DNA of 64,000 nt from the human T2T-CHM13v2.0 reference genome, Homo sapiens (GCF_009914755.1 NC_060941.1); one strand, 5' to 3'. Positions 15,010 through 30,131 are shown, numbered from the stretch's first letter. The notes: generated from the letters alone by a model not told the origin. Numbers and translations: made by a program.

Positions 15010-15550
15010 TCTCTGTCTCTCACTTTGCCACAGCACACAGGCCATTTTTCAGTTTCTTAATCCATTTATGCCTAGTGTTCCATTATTGGAACACTAAGCT
15101 TGTGGGAGTTATTTATATCCTACTGCGCAAGGTCATCGCCAAGGTCTGATTTTTCACACACAAAATTTGCAACCTCAGCATAAATTTAAATATACCAAGC
15201 TCTGTTGCACTCTCAGGTACTCTGCATGTACATTTCTCTCCTATCTGCCTGGAATGTTATTATCCTTGCTTTTTATAGTGGGCCTTTGCCCATACTTTGA
15301 GTTAAGTGATACCTCCTTTAAAACTTCTTATCTGACCACTTTATTTAAAATAGCCTCTTTTTGCTTATTCTCCACTAGTCGTTTTGTTTATTTCCATGGG
15401 TTATGGTTACTTTAGTGATTTATGCATATATTTGTTATTGCTGTCTCTCTTCGTGAGAGATGTCTTATCTTCACAGGCTCCATTGTATCTCTCTTGTCCA
15501 GCACAAGCCTAGCATGTAGAAAGCCCTCAAGAAATATTTGTTGATTGATA
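15010..15550 (+). mobile_element. L2 fragment hosting MER85
   Basis: 'ccacagcacacaggccatttttcagtttctt' ... 'ctctgcctggaatg'-like motif ... 'cctcaagaaatatttgttgattga'. Confidence 0.55.
15061..15185 (+). mobile_element. MER85 (piggyBac/PGBD3-derived MITE)
   Basis: TTAA on both sides; 'ccatttatgcctagtgttccattattggaacactaagc...gcaacctcagcataaat' matches MER85; terminal GGG of the right TIR is missing. Confidence 0.92.
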
Positions 15551-15619
15551 CCTAAATTAAAGAATGTAAGCACTTAATTGATTTGAACATAAATATAAAA
15601 TTAAATATGTAATTATAGT

Positions 15620-17180
<1,561 letters not shown>

Positions 17181-17469
17181 TTAACTAAGGTGATCATATA
17201 ATTTACTGGTTACACCAGAACCTTTATCGTGAAAGAGGTGGCTATTAATAATTACTCTTTCATATCCAACAATCAACCCATAAGAAATTGGTATTTGCTC
17301 CAAATTCAAAATGTGAACAGAATCCAATCCAGTCATTTTTCCATATTATTCTTATTTCAACTTTGTCTGAACCACATTAAGCTCTCTCCTAGTTTCCTAC
17401 AATAGTCCCTCCAGTTTTTGTTGTCTTTACAATTGAGCAGCAAGGCAAATCCTTTTAAAATGTACATCA

Positions 17470-17811
<342 letters not shown>

Positions 17812-18277
17812 TCAGAACTCTCTGAAGCCTTCCTATATAACTTACAGTAAAAGTCAAAGTCCCTTTGACCAATAAAGTTCAATATTATTTAACCCCCTCC
17901 TCCTGATTTCTACCATCACTTCTCTCCCTCTAGTTCACTCCACTCCACCAACACTCATAACCTCACTGTTCTTTGAACTTACGAGTTAATTTCCTGTTTT
18001 AGGGTCTTAGCAGTGGCTTTCTCTCTGTCTAGAACGCTTTCCCCACAATTATCAGCCTGACTTATTGGGCTTATTAGGATGTCAGCTTCAAGGCTTTGTA
18101 TGAATGTCACCTTCTAAATGAGGTTCCCTTTCAACTCTATCTAAATTACATCCACTCACCCCAACTGCACCACCCTACCTGAATTTTCTTATCTATTTAT
18201 TTTCTCCTCTGTTACTTACAACGTTCTAACATGTTATTTATTTACTTATATGTATTGTTTATTTTTGTCTGTAGCTA

Positions 18278-19567
18278 CTAGATTGGTGCAAATGTAATTG
18301 CAGTTTTGGACTATGAATTTTAAATTAAGCTGAAACACATCTTTATTAATCAAAATAGGAACCATTACAACCAACGCATTTTGGCCAATAAGAAATACGT
18401 TTGTTTATTCCTGTAGTGTCAAAATCCATGCTTTGGGATTTGATGAACTCTTGGAAACCCATTTTCTGCATCCTGCTGGTTATGGAAGCATTTTCCCTGT
18501 AAAAAGTTGTCAAGATACTTAAAGAAGTGGTAGTCAGTTGGCAAGAGGTCAGGTGAATATGGTGGATGAGGCAAAACTTCATAGCCCAATTCGTTTAACT
18601 TTTGAAGCATTGGTTGTGAGACCTGCAATCGAGCATTGCCATGGAGAAAAATTGGGCTCTTTCTGTTGACCAGTGCTGGCTGCAGGCATTGCTGTTTGTG
18701 GCGCATCTCATCAATTTGCTGAGCATGCTTCTCAGATGTAATGGTTTTACCAGGATTCAGAAAGCTGTAGTGGATTAGACCAGCAGCAGACCACTGAACA
18801 GTGTCCATGACCTTTTTTTGGTGCAGGTTTGGCTTTGAGAAGGGCTTTGGAGTTTCCTCTCGATCCAGCCACTGAGCTGGTCATCACTGGTTATTGTATA
18901 AAATCCACTTTTTGTCACACGTCACAATCCAATTGAGAAATGGTTCATTGTTTTTGTGTAGAATAAGAGATGACACTTCAAAACAACAATTTTTTTGATT
19001 TTCGCTCAGCTCATGAGGCACCCACTTATCGAGCTTTTCCACCTTTCCAATTTGCTTCAAATGCTAAATGACTGTAGAATGGTTGACAGTGAGTTCTTCG
19101 GCAACTTCTTGTGTAATTGTAAGAGGATCAGCTTCAGTGACTGCTCTTGATTGGTTGTTGTCAACTTCCAATGGCTGGCCACTATTCTCCTTATCTTCAA
19201 GGCTCTCGTCTCCTTTGTAAAAATTCTTGAACCACCACTGCACTGTATGTTTGTTAGCAGCTCCTGGGCCAAATAGGTTGTTGATGCTGCGAGTTGTCTC
19301 CACTGATTCACGACCCATTTTTAACTTAACAAGAAAATTTTAACTTAAGAAAATCACTCACATTTGCTTTTTGTCTAACATCATTTCCATAGTCTAAAAT
19401 AAATACAAAATAAACAGCAAGTCATAAGTCATTAGCCAAAAAAATAAAGTGAGAAATGAGCATTAAAATGATGTATAACATAACCACTTTTATTTAAGAA
19501 TATGTTTCAATATCAAATGTCAAATTTCAACAATGCAAAAACTGCAATTACTTTTGCACCAACCTAA
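18278..19567 (-). mobile_element. Full-length Hsmar1 mariner transposon (1290 bp)
   Basis: TIRs (c)tagattggtgcaaatgtaattgcagtttt and aaaactgcaattacttttgcaccaacctaa; TA at 18276-77 and 19568-69. Confidence 0.96.
18346..19390 (-). pseudogene. Hsmar1 transposase, disrupted
   Basis: ATG GAA ATG ATG TTA GAC (MEMMLD) at 19390; fragments TVQWWFK, IVTCD, PHPPYSPDL..TDYHFF, NGSYFD*; frameshifts and stops; second catalytic Asp mutated (HDNA to HGNA). Confidence 0.93.
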
Positions 19568-19719
19568 TACAAGGATGTAAGTACCTCAAGGCCACAATTT
19601 CTTTCCCTTTTTTTCTCTTTTGTTCTCTTTGTTCTTTTTGGCTCACATTAGATGGTCAATAAGTAGTGTTGAATTAGTGGATAAGAGTTAAACATTTTCT
19701 CCTGAAAATTTTCTATAAT

Positions 19720-20430
19720 TTCAATTTGACTCATTATATAGCTTCTGGTTGTGAACATATTATTCAGTTTTCTCAAAGACCTGTCTGATAACTCCAGTAT
19801 CTAGATCTCCTATGGGTCTGTTTCTACTGTCCATTATTTCAGACATTCCTGTTCTTTCTCTGTATGCCCTGCTATTTTTTATTGAAGATCTATCTGACCT
19901 TTTCTTATGAAAAAAATTGCAGAAGTAATTTGAGTTGCTAGATGATGTTACTTTCCTCCAGAAAAGATTTACCTTTGCCCTTGGTAGGCAGTTACATGAG
20001 AGAGGCAGAGTACTTTCTTTTAGGAAGTGAACTGATTCAAAACTAAACTTCAGTCTTTATGAGAGCTGGTCTTTTTTGGATAGCCATTACTCGGAAATAT
20101 TGCCCTTCACAGGTCCCAGCTGAAAGACTGGAGTATTTTTTCATGCCCTTCCTCCTTGGCAAGTCCTGAACTCTAATTTTTAGCCTGCTGAGCACCACAA
20201 GGTTGCCCGAAGTTCTTTTCAGTTATCCAGCCTCTCAAATACCTTGCTGGAAAAAGCAGAATTGAATATCGGGTTCATCTACCTGCACTCCCCTACTCTT
20301 CAGGATTTTAGCTCTCTAAATCATTTCTTCCCTGGTATCACTCAAATGCTATTCAACTTTTCTAGACTTTTTTTTTCTTATAGCAAGAAGTTTGAATGAT
20401 ATAAGGTAATCACCATACTGGAAGCAGGAT
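19720..20430 (-). mobile_element. Probable old L1 5'-end fragment
   Basis: 'gatgttactttcctccagaaaagatttacctttgcccttggtaggcag' resembles antisense L1M 5' regions; recalled similarity only. Confidence 0.4.
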
Positions 20431-21983
20431 GTCCCAAGATTTACTGGCTATTCACTAGAAATCTTTGCATAAGAACACTTTACATAAATTTTAAATAATG
20501 CATTAAATGTGAACAGCTATTTCCAACAAATTTGTTTCCTGCTTTTATAAAACCATACATTTAAATATTTCTTTAAACACTTAAATCAAGATATTATTTA
20601 TATAAAGATGATTTACCAGATTATAAGGGCTAAAATTATTTTTCCCTCATTGGAAAAATAAGTAAGCATCAGCCCTCATGAAACAAGTTTTTAAAGTCAA
20701 TAAAAGAACCTTTATACTCACATATGACACATACCATCTTCATAATAGTAGACCATGTACTGCAGAGGAACATTTCGCAATGTATATTCTAATCTTAAGA
20801 GATATCTTATCACACCACTTGCCCCTCCCTCTCCAAAAAAAAGCTTATGTTCAGCTATGTTTGGGAATTTCTACATATATGTACCTAGCTTGGGGACATG
20901 GGATATGTTTGCATTTTAAATGTTCTGAAGTGTTATACTTTAAAGATTTGCTTTAAAAAAACAAACAAACAAATTTTTCTACCTTATTTAAGAAGATAAC
21001 TTTTTAAAAAAATATTTACTGGCATCCCAAGGAAGTGGTTTTCCGTGGGACATTCTTTAGGTAACTCTGTTCTGGAGGAAACAGAAAAATATAACATAGA
21101 GTCTCTATCTTCAAGGGATTTTTAATTAGTTGGAGAGAAAAATATATTCATATTAATTAACCTGGAATATAGAATTCAACTCACTTTACAAGAAACCAAC
21201 ACAAAAGAAGTCATAAGAAGTCATGATTAAAGGCGAACCTGATTACCCAGTCCTTTGTGATCAAGTAGGGCATAGTACTAAAATATCAAAATCCATACCA
21301 GGGTTTAACTCAATTAGCATTAAGAATATGCAACAATGAATGTCAAGTCTCTGAGGTCAAATAATAGGAGAATAATCCCTAAAAATTGCAGTGCTGAAAT
21401 AATGTTGTTTGCCTACCAAGGGTCACAGTATTTTTTATTTATTAACTTGGAAGGTTTAGGGTGCTTTCTGCAAATCTAGTGCAATAAAAATGAAAGCCAT
21501 TAAAATAGTCTTGCTTCCCTGGGTAACAAACCCTGGACATTACAAGATATTCAAAAATAACACACAACAGGCTTTTCTTATATTTTTCTCATTAACTTTT
21601 TAAAGCCTCCTGACTTTGTGGAATCACTGCAGTAAGTTCTAAGTGATGTATAAAATGGAAAAGAAAATGTAGGCTATCCTGACTTCCTCCTGGGCAAGAA
21701 CACACCTGGGTTTTGTTTGTTGGTTGGTTTTGTTTTTAGCTAAATTACTGTCAGCATTGTTATTTGCTTCTATACAAACATTTTAAAGAAACAGCACAGC
21801 CACACAAACATGCACTAGGGAAACACATAAAATCAAAATTTCAGCATTCATTCGGATCACAACACATTTTACCTACTCTGATCTGGTATTTCTAGCTTTT
21901 ATTATCTGTTCTCTCTCTCTCTCTCTTCCTCCCTCCCTCCCTCGTTTTCTCCCTGTCTTTCTCCATCACCTCACAAATCAGAT

Positions 21984-22531
21984 ACTCCCTCGGCCATCCA
22001 CAGGCCTAAGTGGTCAAGCTTGCTTTATAACCAATCCTTTGCCAAGGGATGGGATTGGAGAGTCTCTGAAACAGAAAGAGAAAAGAATTTCCATGTTGGA
22101 ACCAAAACAGTGGCATCATAGGCTATCTCTTCATTACTTATGATTCAAGACAAGAATCTCCATCATGGTATTTGTGATTTCATAAATATTGATATTCATT
22201 GTCTTCCATGAAATAAAAATGCATTTTGCCTCTTGATGTGTATAGCAGTTAGCTAATTATAGAACTTTAGGGGACAGGTGGTGATAGTGATAGGAGGCAG
22301 ACAAATCCTAGACAGATGGGGCAGGTCCCCAGTAAAACCCCACCTTCTATTCAAAAACAGCCTGAAGGCTGAAAGGCTAGACTGCTGGTTCTGGATGAAA
22401 CCCGCAACCCAGAGTGAGAACGTCTGTTCCTGTTTGCCCACCCTTTCCTGATTGGTTCTTTTTGAATAATGCTTTTTAAATAACAGAATGTTGCCTTTTT
22501 AAATACTACCTATGGCCTGCCCCTCCCCTTT
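21984..22531 (+). repeat. Arm 1 of local inverted duplication
   Basis: Reverse complement of 24040-24442; manual alignment gives ~34 differences over ~365 bp in the main block. Confidence 0.95.
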
Positions 22532-23326
22532 CTTTGTCCATAAAAACCCCACTCTCAGCCACACTGGGAGAGAAACCACCTGACTTTGGGTGGCTGTCCA
22601 CCTGTGCATCACCTCTCTGCTGAGAGGTGTTTTGTCACTCAATAAAATTCTTCTCCCCCTTCCTCACTCTTCGATTGTCAGCATATTCTCATTATTCTTG
22701 GACATGGGACAAGAGCTTGGGACCCACCAAACATGGGTACAGACAAGTCTGTAATATCATGGCCCTCTGCCCTTTGCCAGTGGAGGGCGGCCACCCCATG
22801 CAATGAAAGTGTGGCAGGGTTGAGCCAGCCTTGGAGCTGTAGACACCAGAGCAGGGCAAAGGGCTGACAGAGCTGTTAACATGCCGCCATCTGTTGGGGT
22901 GTGGATGGGAGGACTAAAAGAGCTAATTAGAATGCTGTAACATCCCCTCTGGGCTTTAGGGTCCTGTGCATCCCTGCCTAGGCATCACTATGTCTCCCTT
23001 TTCTGGATGCTGGGGTATACCAGAGGAGTGGCTTGTGATATGCCTGGTCCGGCTGCAAGCACCATGCAGAGCCTGCTCCTGTGCCAGCACTTGGAGTGCC
23101 CACTTGGGCCACACACTTGCTTCCTGACACACCCCCTCCTGCCAGGAGCTGAGAGTGCAGTTGTGGTGGCTGTGGGATCAATGCCAGAGTGCCACCAGTC
23201 ACAGTCCACCAGGCTGAGTGGACAGTGTGTCTCCTATGACAAACCTGGGCCCAAGCAAGACCTGGGCAAGGGTGTCACCAGCCAGGGGTCACCAGCTGAC
23301 AAGTGACTGAGAAAAATCCTGCATCA
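22282..23326 (+). mobile_element. Solo ERV1 LTR, LTR28/LTR27-like (1045 bp)
   Basis: TGATAG...GAAAAATCCTGCATCA; perfect 4-bp TSD GTGG (22278-81, 23327-30); AATAAA at ~22641. Confidence 0.85.
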
Positions 23327-23334
23327 GTGGTTCA

Positions 23335-23780
23335 ATAGTGTGTTTTTGGCCACAAGGAACAGAATAGCCATCAAAAAAAGAATTTATAAACAGTATGGGC
23401 TAATTTTTCCCACATAATGAAGAGTCTATAGATATGCAAATCAGGGTGGGTTAAGTGGCTCAGCGATATCAGTTATCAAGATTCTGTGTCAGTATCTCTT
23501 GGTCTTCAGCTCATGGTCACAAAGTGGCTGCAGTTGTGCAACTATTATCCTCATAGGACAATATCTAAAAGTGGAAAGGAAGTGGCAGCAATTTATTCTC
23601 TACTAATGCTTTCATTCAAGGAAAAATAAATATTTCCTAAAAGTTGGTGTAAACTGCTTTTCTGTCTCACTGGCCAGCATTCTATCTTCTGCCATATTTT
23701 TAGCCTCTATAGTGGTAGGTGGAATCTTCTGGCAAGAAAAAATGAGGCTGGTCTTCAAGTATCCAAGAGTGTCTGCCACA
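23335..23780 (-). mobile_element. Old MLT1-type MaLR LTR
   Basis: 'ctcatggtcacaaagtggctgcag', 'tctcactggccag', end 'gtgtctgccaca'. Confidence 0.55.
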
Positions 23781-24039
23781 GGAAGAGGAAGAGGAAGAGG
23801 ATGTGCTTTCCTTCTTGTATGGACTACTGATCCTGTTTAGAGAGCTACACACTATGCATTTTACTTTTATCTGACATTAGATCCATTCTTGTTTTGGTTC
23901 CATTAGATTAAGAAAAACGTTATTGATTTTAAAAGTTTAAAAGGTATGTTTCACTTATTCATTTTTTTTAAATATTATGAACCTTGAATATTGTTGTTTT
24001 GAATGAGTTTTTGGTTTGTTTCAAACCTCCTTGGAGCAT

Positions 24040-24442
24040 AAAGGGGAGAGGCAGGTCATAGGTAGTATTAGAAAAGGCAACATTTGATCACTTAAAAAGC
24101 ATTATTCAAAAAGAACCAGTCGGGAAAGGGGGAACAAACAGGAACAGATGTTCTCCCTCCAGGTTGAGGGTTTCATCCAGAACCAGCAGTCTAGTCTTTC
24201 AGCCTTCAGGCTGTTTTTGGATTGAAGGTGGGGTTTTACTGGGGACCCGCCCCATCTGCCTAGGATTTGTCTGCCCCCTGTCAACTATCACCGCCTGTCC
24301 CCTAAAGTTCTATAATTAGCTAACTGTTATACACATTGAGAGGCAAAATGCATTTTTATTTCATGGAAGACAATGAATATTAATATTTCTGAAATCACAA
24401 TACCAAGCTTGACCACTTAGGCCTGTGGATGTCCAAGGGAGT
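24040..24442 (-). repeat. Arm 2 of inverted duplication (unique flank plus first ~250 bp of the LTR)
   Basis: Reverse complement reproduces 21984-22022 joined to 22167-22531. Confidence 0.95.
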
Positions 24443-26289
24443 GCCTTTATGTATACATTTTTTGTTGTTCTGTAAAGTAAGTCCAAAGCTTTTGGCTGAT
24501 TTCGAAAGTATACATCACCCCCTAAAAATTTAGAATCATCAGTAACAGTGACTGTTTCTAATAATTCAAGGTATTTGTATAAACTGTTTTAGGACAAATC
24601 CCTCATCTACATTTTAGAGACAGCATTGATACAATAATCTCATTCTGTTTAGATTAATAGTTTCACAAATTCATTTTTGCAGTTAACTCCCATAATATTT
24701 TTGCTTATCCGTATTATAGAACAAGGGAGAAATTATTGATCTTCTTCATGCCTGAATCCAGAAAAAGTCAATTGACAGTGAAAACCAGAGGGTATTTCCA
24801 TAGTAAAATGTAGGTGGGAAACTCATTTTTTATTTTCTTTCTGTACCTTCTCTTTCAGCTGTTCAATAAGAACTTACTGAGTTCTTGCAGTGTGCCACTG
24901 TTTTATTTCAATCGTTTCATGAAACTGCACACAAACATAAAGCTCTGGTGACATTTGTCCAAGGTCATACAACTAACAAGTTTTGGAGATTCAAAGCAGG
25001 ACACAGACACCAAGTCCAAGGTTCTTTTTACACTGTCACAACTAGCTTTTTTTTTCAAGAAGTATCTAGAGTGTAATCGGTATGCCCAAACAAAAAGAAA
25101 AATCTTTTCTGACAATGCTACATGTTGATTCGGTATAAACAGGTGGTAATTCACAGAATTCAAGGTAAATCTTCAAAAATACTTTCAAAAATATCACTTC
25201 AGTGACAACATTGCACTTCACTTGACTACATTAAAACTCTTCACATTACGTATAATTGGTAATATGGGATACACATATGCTCACATAACCAGAATCAAAA
25301 ATCAAAAAGAATTTATCCTATTTTTCTGAATTTATATGCATAATCTTAATAGAATATAGTATAAAATATATAGAGAAATAAAATATTAAAATTGTATTTT
25401 AATCTGTAAGAAAAAAATAGCAGCCAATTTTTGTCATATTTCTATTTTGATCATTGAGTTATAAATTTAATTAAATGTAATTGTTCCCATCAATCTTGTG
25501 CTATGGATAATTTAAATCTTCATTTAAATGTTAATTGCCAGTAACATCAAAGAAAGACCTTAATAATAACATTTTATTCTGCTTTAATTTTATAAAATTC
25601 AGGATATTTGTTTTGTTATAAAGTATGATGTAAGATAATGATTATGAAAAGGTGAAGATGAATATAAATTTCTACAATAGTCTTCAAACAGTTTCACCTA
25701 GTGATTTTCAGAAGAGTCAAATATACTGTTTTCATGTTAGTTTCAACAAATGAAACTTGAAATTCAGATAGTTGCATTCAAGCTGCAAAACTCTTCTTCA
25801 TTCCAAAGAGGAAATGATTACCTTCTGGTCTTTTCATTAGTTATCAGCAAGTTGCTACAGTTAGATTAGGGATGGATGAAGACCTTATTTTCCATTTCAT
25901 TCTGTGTTAACATTATCTATGCAGTGCATATTGTGTAGTTAATAGAAGTTTAAGGGAAAAAGGTTAAATAGATTTATAATTTTGATGGACTCAGTAAGAA
26001 ACAGTGCTACAGTTGCCTGGTCAGACTGAAAATCAATTTGTGAGTATCAAAATGTGAACTCATTTAGTTCCAAGCAGAACTATTGCTAGGCCATCCTTGG
26101 GGAGATGCTGGACTATTGTTTTCATTAGGTGCATCTGGGATGCCTAAGAATAGGTTGTTCTTAGAATGTGAACAATTCTAAGAATCTCATATTCAGCCAA
26201 GTGGTTCTTTCAGCATTAGCGAAGATAGCTCACTGACTTAATATTGTGCCAAAGAGACCAAGGTTCAAGTACTTAGTAAAGGCTAGTGC

Positions 26290-26570
26290 TCAAATATTTC
26301 CGCTTGTTCTCTTGCACCTTTACCACTGCCATGAGAACACGACCAGGATGGCCTGATGAATATGAAAAATGCATGGGTCAGTGGCCCCTGTTGCTCCAGC
26401 GAACAGCCAGCCAAATGCCAGACATGTGTGTGACCCTAGCAGAGACCAGAACTGCCCAGCCAAGTTCAGCCTTAATCACCAGTCTGCAAACTTGTGAACT
26501 AAATAAATCTTATTATTTTCAGTCATTATGTTTCAGGATGGTTGATTATGCAGTACTGAGTGGCAGTAGG
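26290..26570 (+). mobile_element. MLT1 LTR fragment
   Basis: 'ctgccatgagaacac', 'gaactgcccagccaagttcagcct', 'aaataaatcttattattttcagtcattatgtttcaggatggttgattatgcag'. Confidence 0.6.
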
Positions 26571-26979
26571 AAACACACGCTTTGATCAACACCGTCTCAT
26601 ACTAGGAGATGATAATGGGGATTGATTAGAATCCTATCATTAGTACCTTCTTGGCTGGGGGCAGAGGGTAGAGAAAGACAAAAAAAAAAAATAGGATTTT
26701 TTTTTTGTTCTACTTAGCAAAAGTACCAGTATTTATCTTCTTCTATTGAGGATAGCATGAGAATGGCCCTAACAGACCTTATACAGAAAAACAAAGCTAC
26801 TACACTACAAGCTGTCAGTGTTAAGGCTGGACGAACCAAGGCAGAGTCAGTGTTAACATAAAAGCTAAGAGTTGACAAGGGAAGTAAAAGAGATACCTCT
26901 GATACAATAATCCTACAGGCAGATTTGATTACTTCCTATTAAATGAGCAAATGAGGTCAGACATATTGTTGGTCAGTAC

Positions 26980-27095
26980 AATTGCCAGATTTAGCAAATA
27001 AAAATACAGGATGCTCAGTAAAATTTGAATTTTAAGTAAATGACAACAGTTTATTAAAATTACATCCCATACACTGGGCATGCTGTGTATTTTCC
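26980..27095. mobile_element. MER53 fragment
   Basis: 'ttgccagatttagcaaataaaaatacaggatgctcagtaaaatttgaatttt' matches the MER53 end. Confidence 0.7.
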
Positions 27096-27499
27096 AGGAA
27101 TTTGACTTCTGGGGAGAGGATTTGGGGAATGGAGAACTGATTCAGTTTTAAAATTATACTTTTCCTGTCTCTTTCTGATTTTTATTTTCTTGTTAGTAGC
27201 CTAAGGAATAATGTACAAAACTACCTTCTTTGCCATGTTTGTAGAATAAGTGATGAACCATTACTACGTATGAAGGTAGAGTTCTGTATACACTGTGGAT
27301 CTAGTAGAAAAACCTAAGTTTTCCAGCCCCTCTGCCATCTATGACGCTTGTAAATTCACCCATAAACACCATGACAAACCAAACACTGGGGAAATCCCTC
27401 TTTCCTTATCTTTAAACTACCCACTCATAGCTGACTTGGCTTTATACATAGTCCATTCCCAAACACTGTACATATATAACTTTTTGCAAAGTTAACGTT

Positions 27500-28020
27500 G
27501 TCTTTTCGTTTTTATAATTATAAAATAATACATGATCATTGTAAAATAAATCAGAAAGTAATGGAAGAACATCAAGTTGAAAAGAGAAAACAACACAAAT
27601 ATCTACCTCTGAAATAACAACTCTTAACATTCAGGTAAAAATCCTTCAACTTTCTTCATGTATATAGACAAATATATGTATGTTGTTTTTCCTCACACAG
27701 AAACAGAATTGTTATATACTCCTCTTAGTAACTTGTTAGCCTGACTTAATATGTTGTGGATTTTTTTCAATGTCAGTAAATATACATTTACAACCTTGTC
27801 TTTAATAACTGCAGTCAGTGAGTCAACAATATTTATTAAGCTCTTACTAAATGCAAGACATGCTGTATTTCATTGCATGTATACCCCATGATAGATTTAA
27901 CCAATTCCCTATAATCAGGCATTTTATGTTGTTTATAATTATTCACTAGTATAATCAAGCTTACAATGAATACGCTTGTAAGCCTACAACTCAACTGATA
28001 GAAATAGATGGGTTCAGGCA
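27500..28020 (-). mobile_element. L1ME-type 3' end fragment
   Basis: 'ataaaataatacatgatcattgtaaaa', 'gaaataacaactcttaacatt', 'tttaaccaattccctat'. Confidence 0.55.
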
Positions 28021-28949
28021 CACTAGAGAGGAGTAAATATTTTTGGAAATGTTCTGATTGTAGCAGGGCAGATTACATGCAAATTTTCCATTTTTATGGA
28101 TATTATTTGACATTCAATCAATAGACTTTGAAAAAACTAGTCAATCAGTGAATCAGTCAGTTCTCTTCTTTTTATTATTCCTGATACCTTTTCTTTTTGC
28201 CTCTGGTATACTTACAGGTACAATTATACTCCCATGAGAAAGCAAGCAAGAGTATGAGAAAAAGCACCAATAAGTACATTCTTAGAGGGTTGTATCCATG
28301 CCAGCATTCAGGCATGTACATTCTTTCATTCATGAAATATTTAGCGATTGTCAAAAAAGTACCAAGCCCTATTCTGGATATCACAAACAAAAGGACAGAA
28401 TGGCTCCTTCCAAATGTTTTACAGTGTGATCAGAGGCACGTTGCTTACCACTTCCAAAGGTCTGTTCTTCAGCTATTAGAGTATATGGAGACTGCCAATT
28501 CCTCATACTTTCTCTAATGATAAGTAAACATCCTTTGCCATTTTAATACAATAAATAATATTTGTATAAAATGCCATTGTGACTAGTTGTAGGTTAAATT
28601 AAAAGTTGGGATAATGCAAGAAGTCATAAAAATAATAGATGAGTCACTTAGACATTTAAACCTATTTAAAATACATTAAGGTGCCTTTATTCCTAATATT
28701 TTCCTGTATGGGCAAAGTTTTCCTATTTTGGACCTGTGTCTGTTAAAGCAAATCCAAGTGAATTACAAACACATTTCTAAGTATTATTCTGGAGGTGTTG
28801 CAAAAAGAGATGTAGTTCTAAATAATATCCATTCAAACATTTTTAAGGGCAAATAACATCTTTAGTGGGAAAAAAAGGAGTACTACATACACATCCTAGC
28901 ATGAAAAACATTATTTAAAAGTGTAGGCTAGTCACAAAATTGGTTAAAA

Positions 28950-29415
28950 GCTGGATTAATCAGCTTTTGATGAAAAAATATTGTGGAACAAACAATACGC
29001 AATTCAATGGCTTTGACAACACTTCGTTAATTTTCACTCATCGCTGCTCTGCGTGTTAGCTACAGCTCAGCTTCGGTGTGACTCCGTTTAGTGGGACTCA
29101 TCACCAGACTACAGGCTGCTGGTTGGATTCAGGTTTTCTGCATGTGTCTCCAATTTTGAGACCCAGCCTGAAGGAAAACTCAGACTGAGGATCAGTCTGG
29201 GGCATGATCTTCTCATGGTGAGTGTCAGACGCTCAAGAGGGCTTGTAGAAAAGAGCCAACCATCTTAAGGCCTTACCTAAGAACTGACACCCTGTCACTT
29301 TTATCCACTTTCCGTTAGCTAAAATAAGTCACATGGGCAAGCACAATGTCAGTGGGTTGGGGAAATATAGAGGAGAAATGAGGTGAGTGAATAGTTAGTG
29401 AATATAACATCATCA
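28950..29415. mobile_element. LTR33 (ERVL)
   Basis: 'attaatcagcttttg...aacaaacaa...ggttggattcagg...ggggcatgatcttctcatgg...aagtcacatggg...gagtgaata'. Confidence 0.65.
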
Positions 29416-30131
29416 CTCATGCTCATTATCAGCTAGAAAAATTAAAAACATTATCAAAGACGGGCCAGTTAATGAGATGTACTACAAATTAATACAAACA
29501 TCAAACAAAGTGTTGCTTCAAACAGGCTAAACATAAATTGTTGAAGAAATCCTAGAAATCCTGTTATTAGAAATCCTACATGGCAAAATTTTGATTTCTA
29601 TCAGGATTGAAATCTTTCTATTTTTTTTCTTTTTAAATAACTGATCAGATCTTCTTGTATAAACCACTCCTATAAGTCACCTTCTATGATTTTTATTTTC
29701 TATTATGTGAGAGGGGAGAGAAAATCAAAAGCAATGTGAATGCATAGTCCTTCTAGATTCTTATTGTTTCTCTTTCTCTTATAGTTTATCTCACCTATAT
29801 ATAATTCAATATCAACCATTTTTTTTTCCTAACTTACATTTAGTAAAACTTTCTATGCACTCAACTTAGCTTTCATGGAAACAGCACTTTTTTTCCTCTA
29901 GCAGCATGTAATTAAATTATGTGATTATAATGACAAGTATTGCTATTATAAAATGGTTTGAGAACAAACATATAGTATCTGTGGGACTTAACTGGTAACA
30001 GCAGAAATGCACTGCTACTTGCCATAGTGTTTGGTTGTCCTTCCTATTAACACATCTATTATGTTTTAGGATGGAAATGGAGGGCTAATGATTTAGTTTT
30101 CATGTCTTTGATTACTAAAAGAGTCAAATAT

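Noticed and set aside
24826-24860. Strong polypyrimidine tract plus CAG (possible splice acceptor); similar ones at ~12665 and ~34555
   Set aside because: No matching donor or coding frame that I can support; such tracts are common in T-rich DNA, and lncRNA exons cannot be called without RNA data
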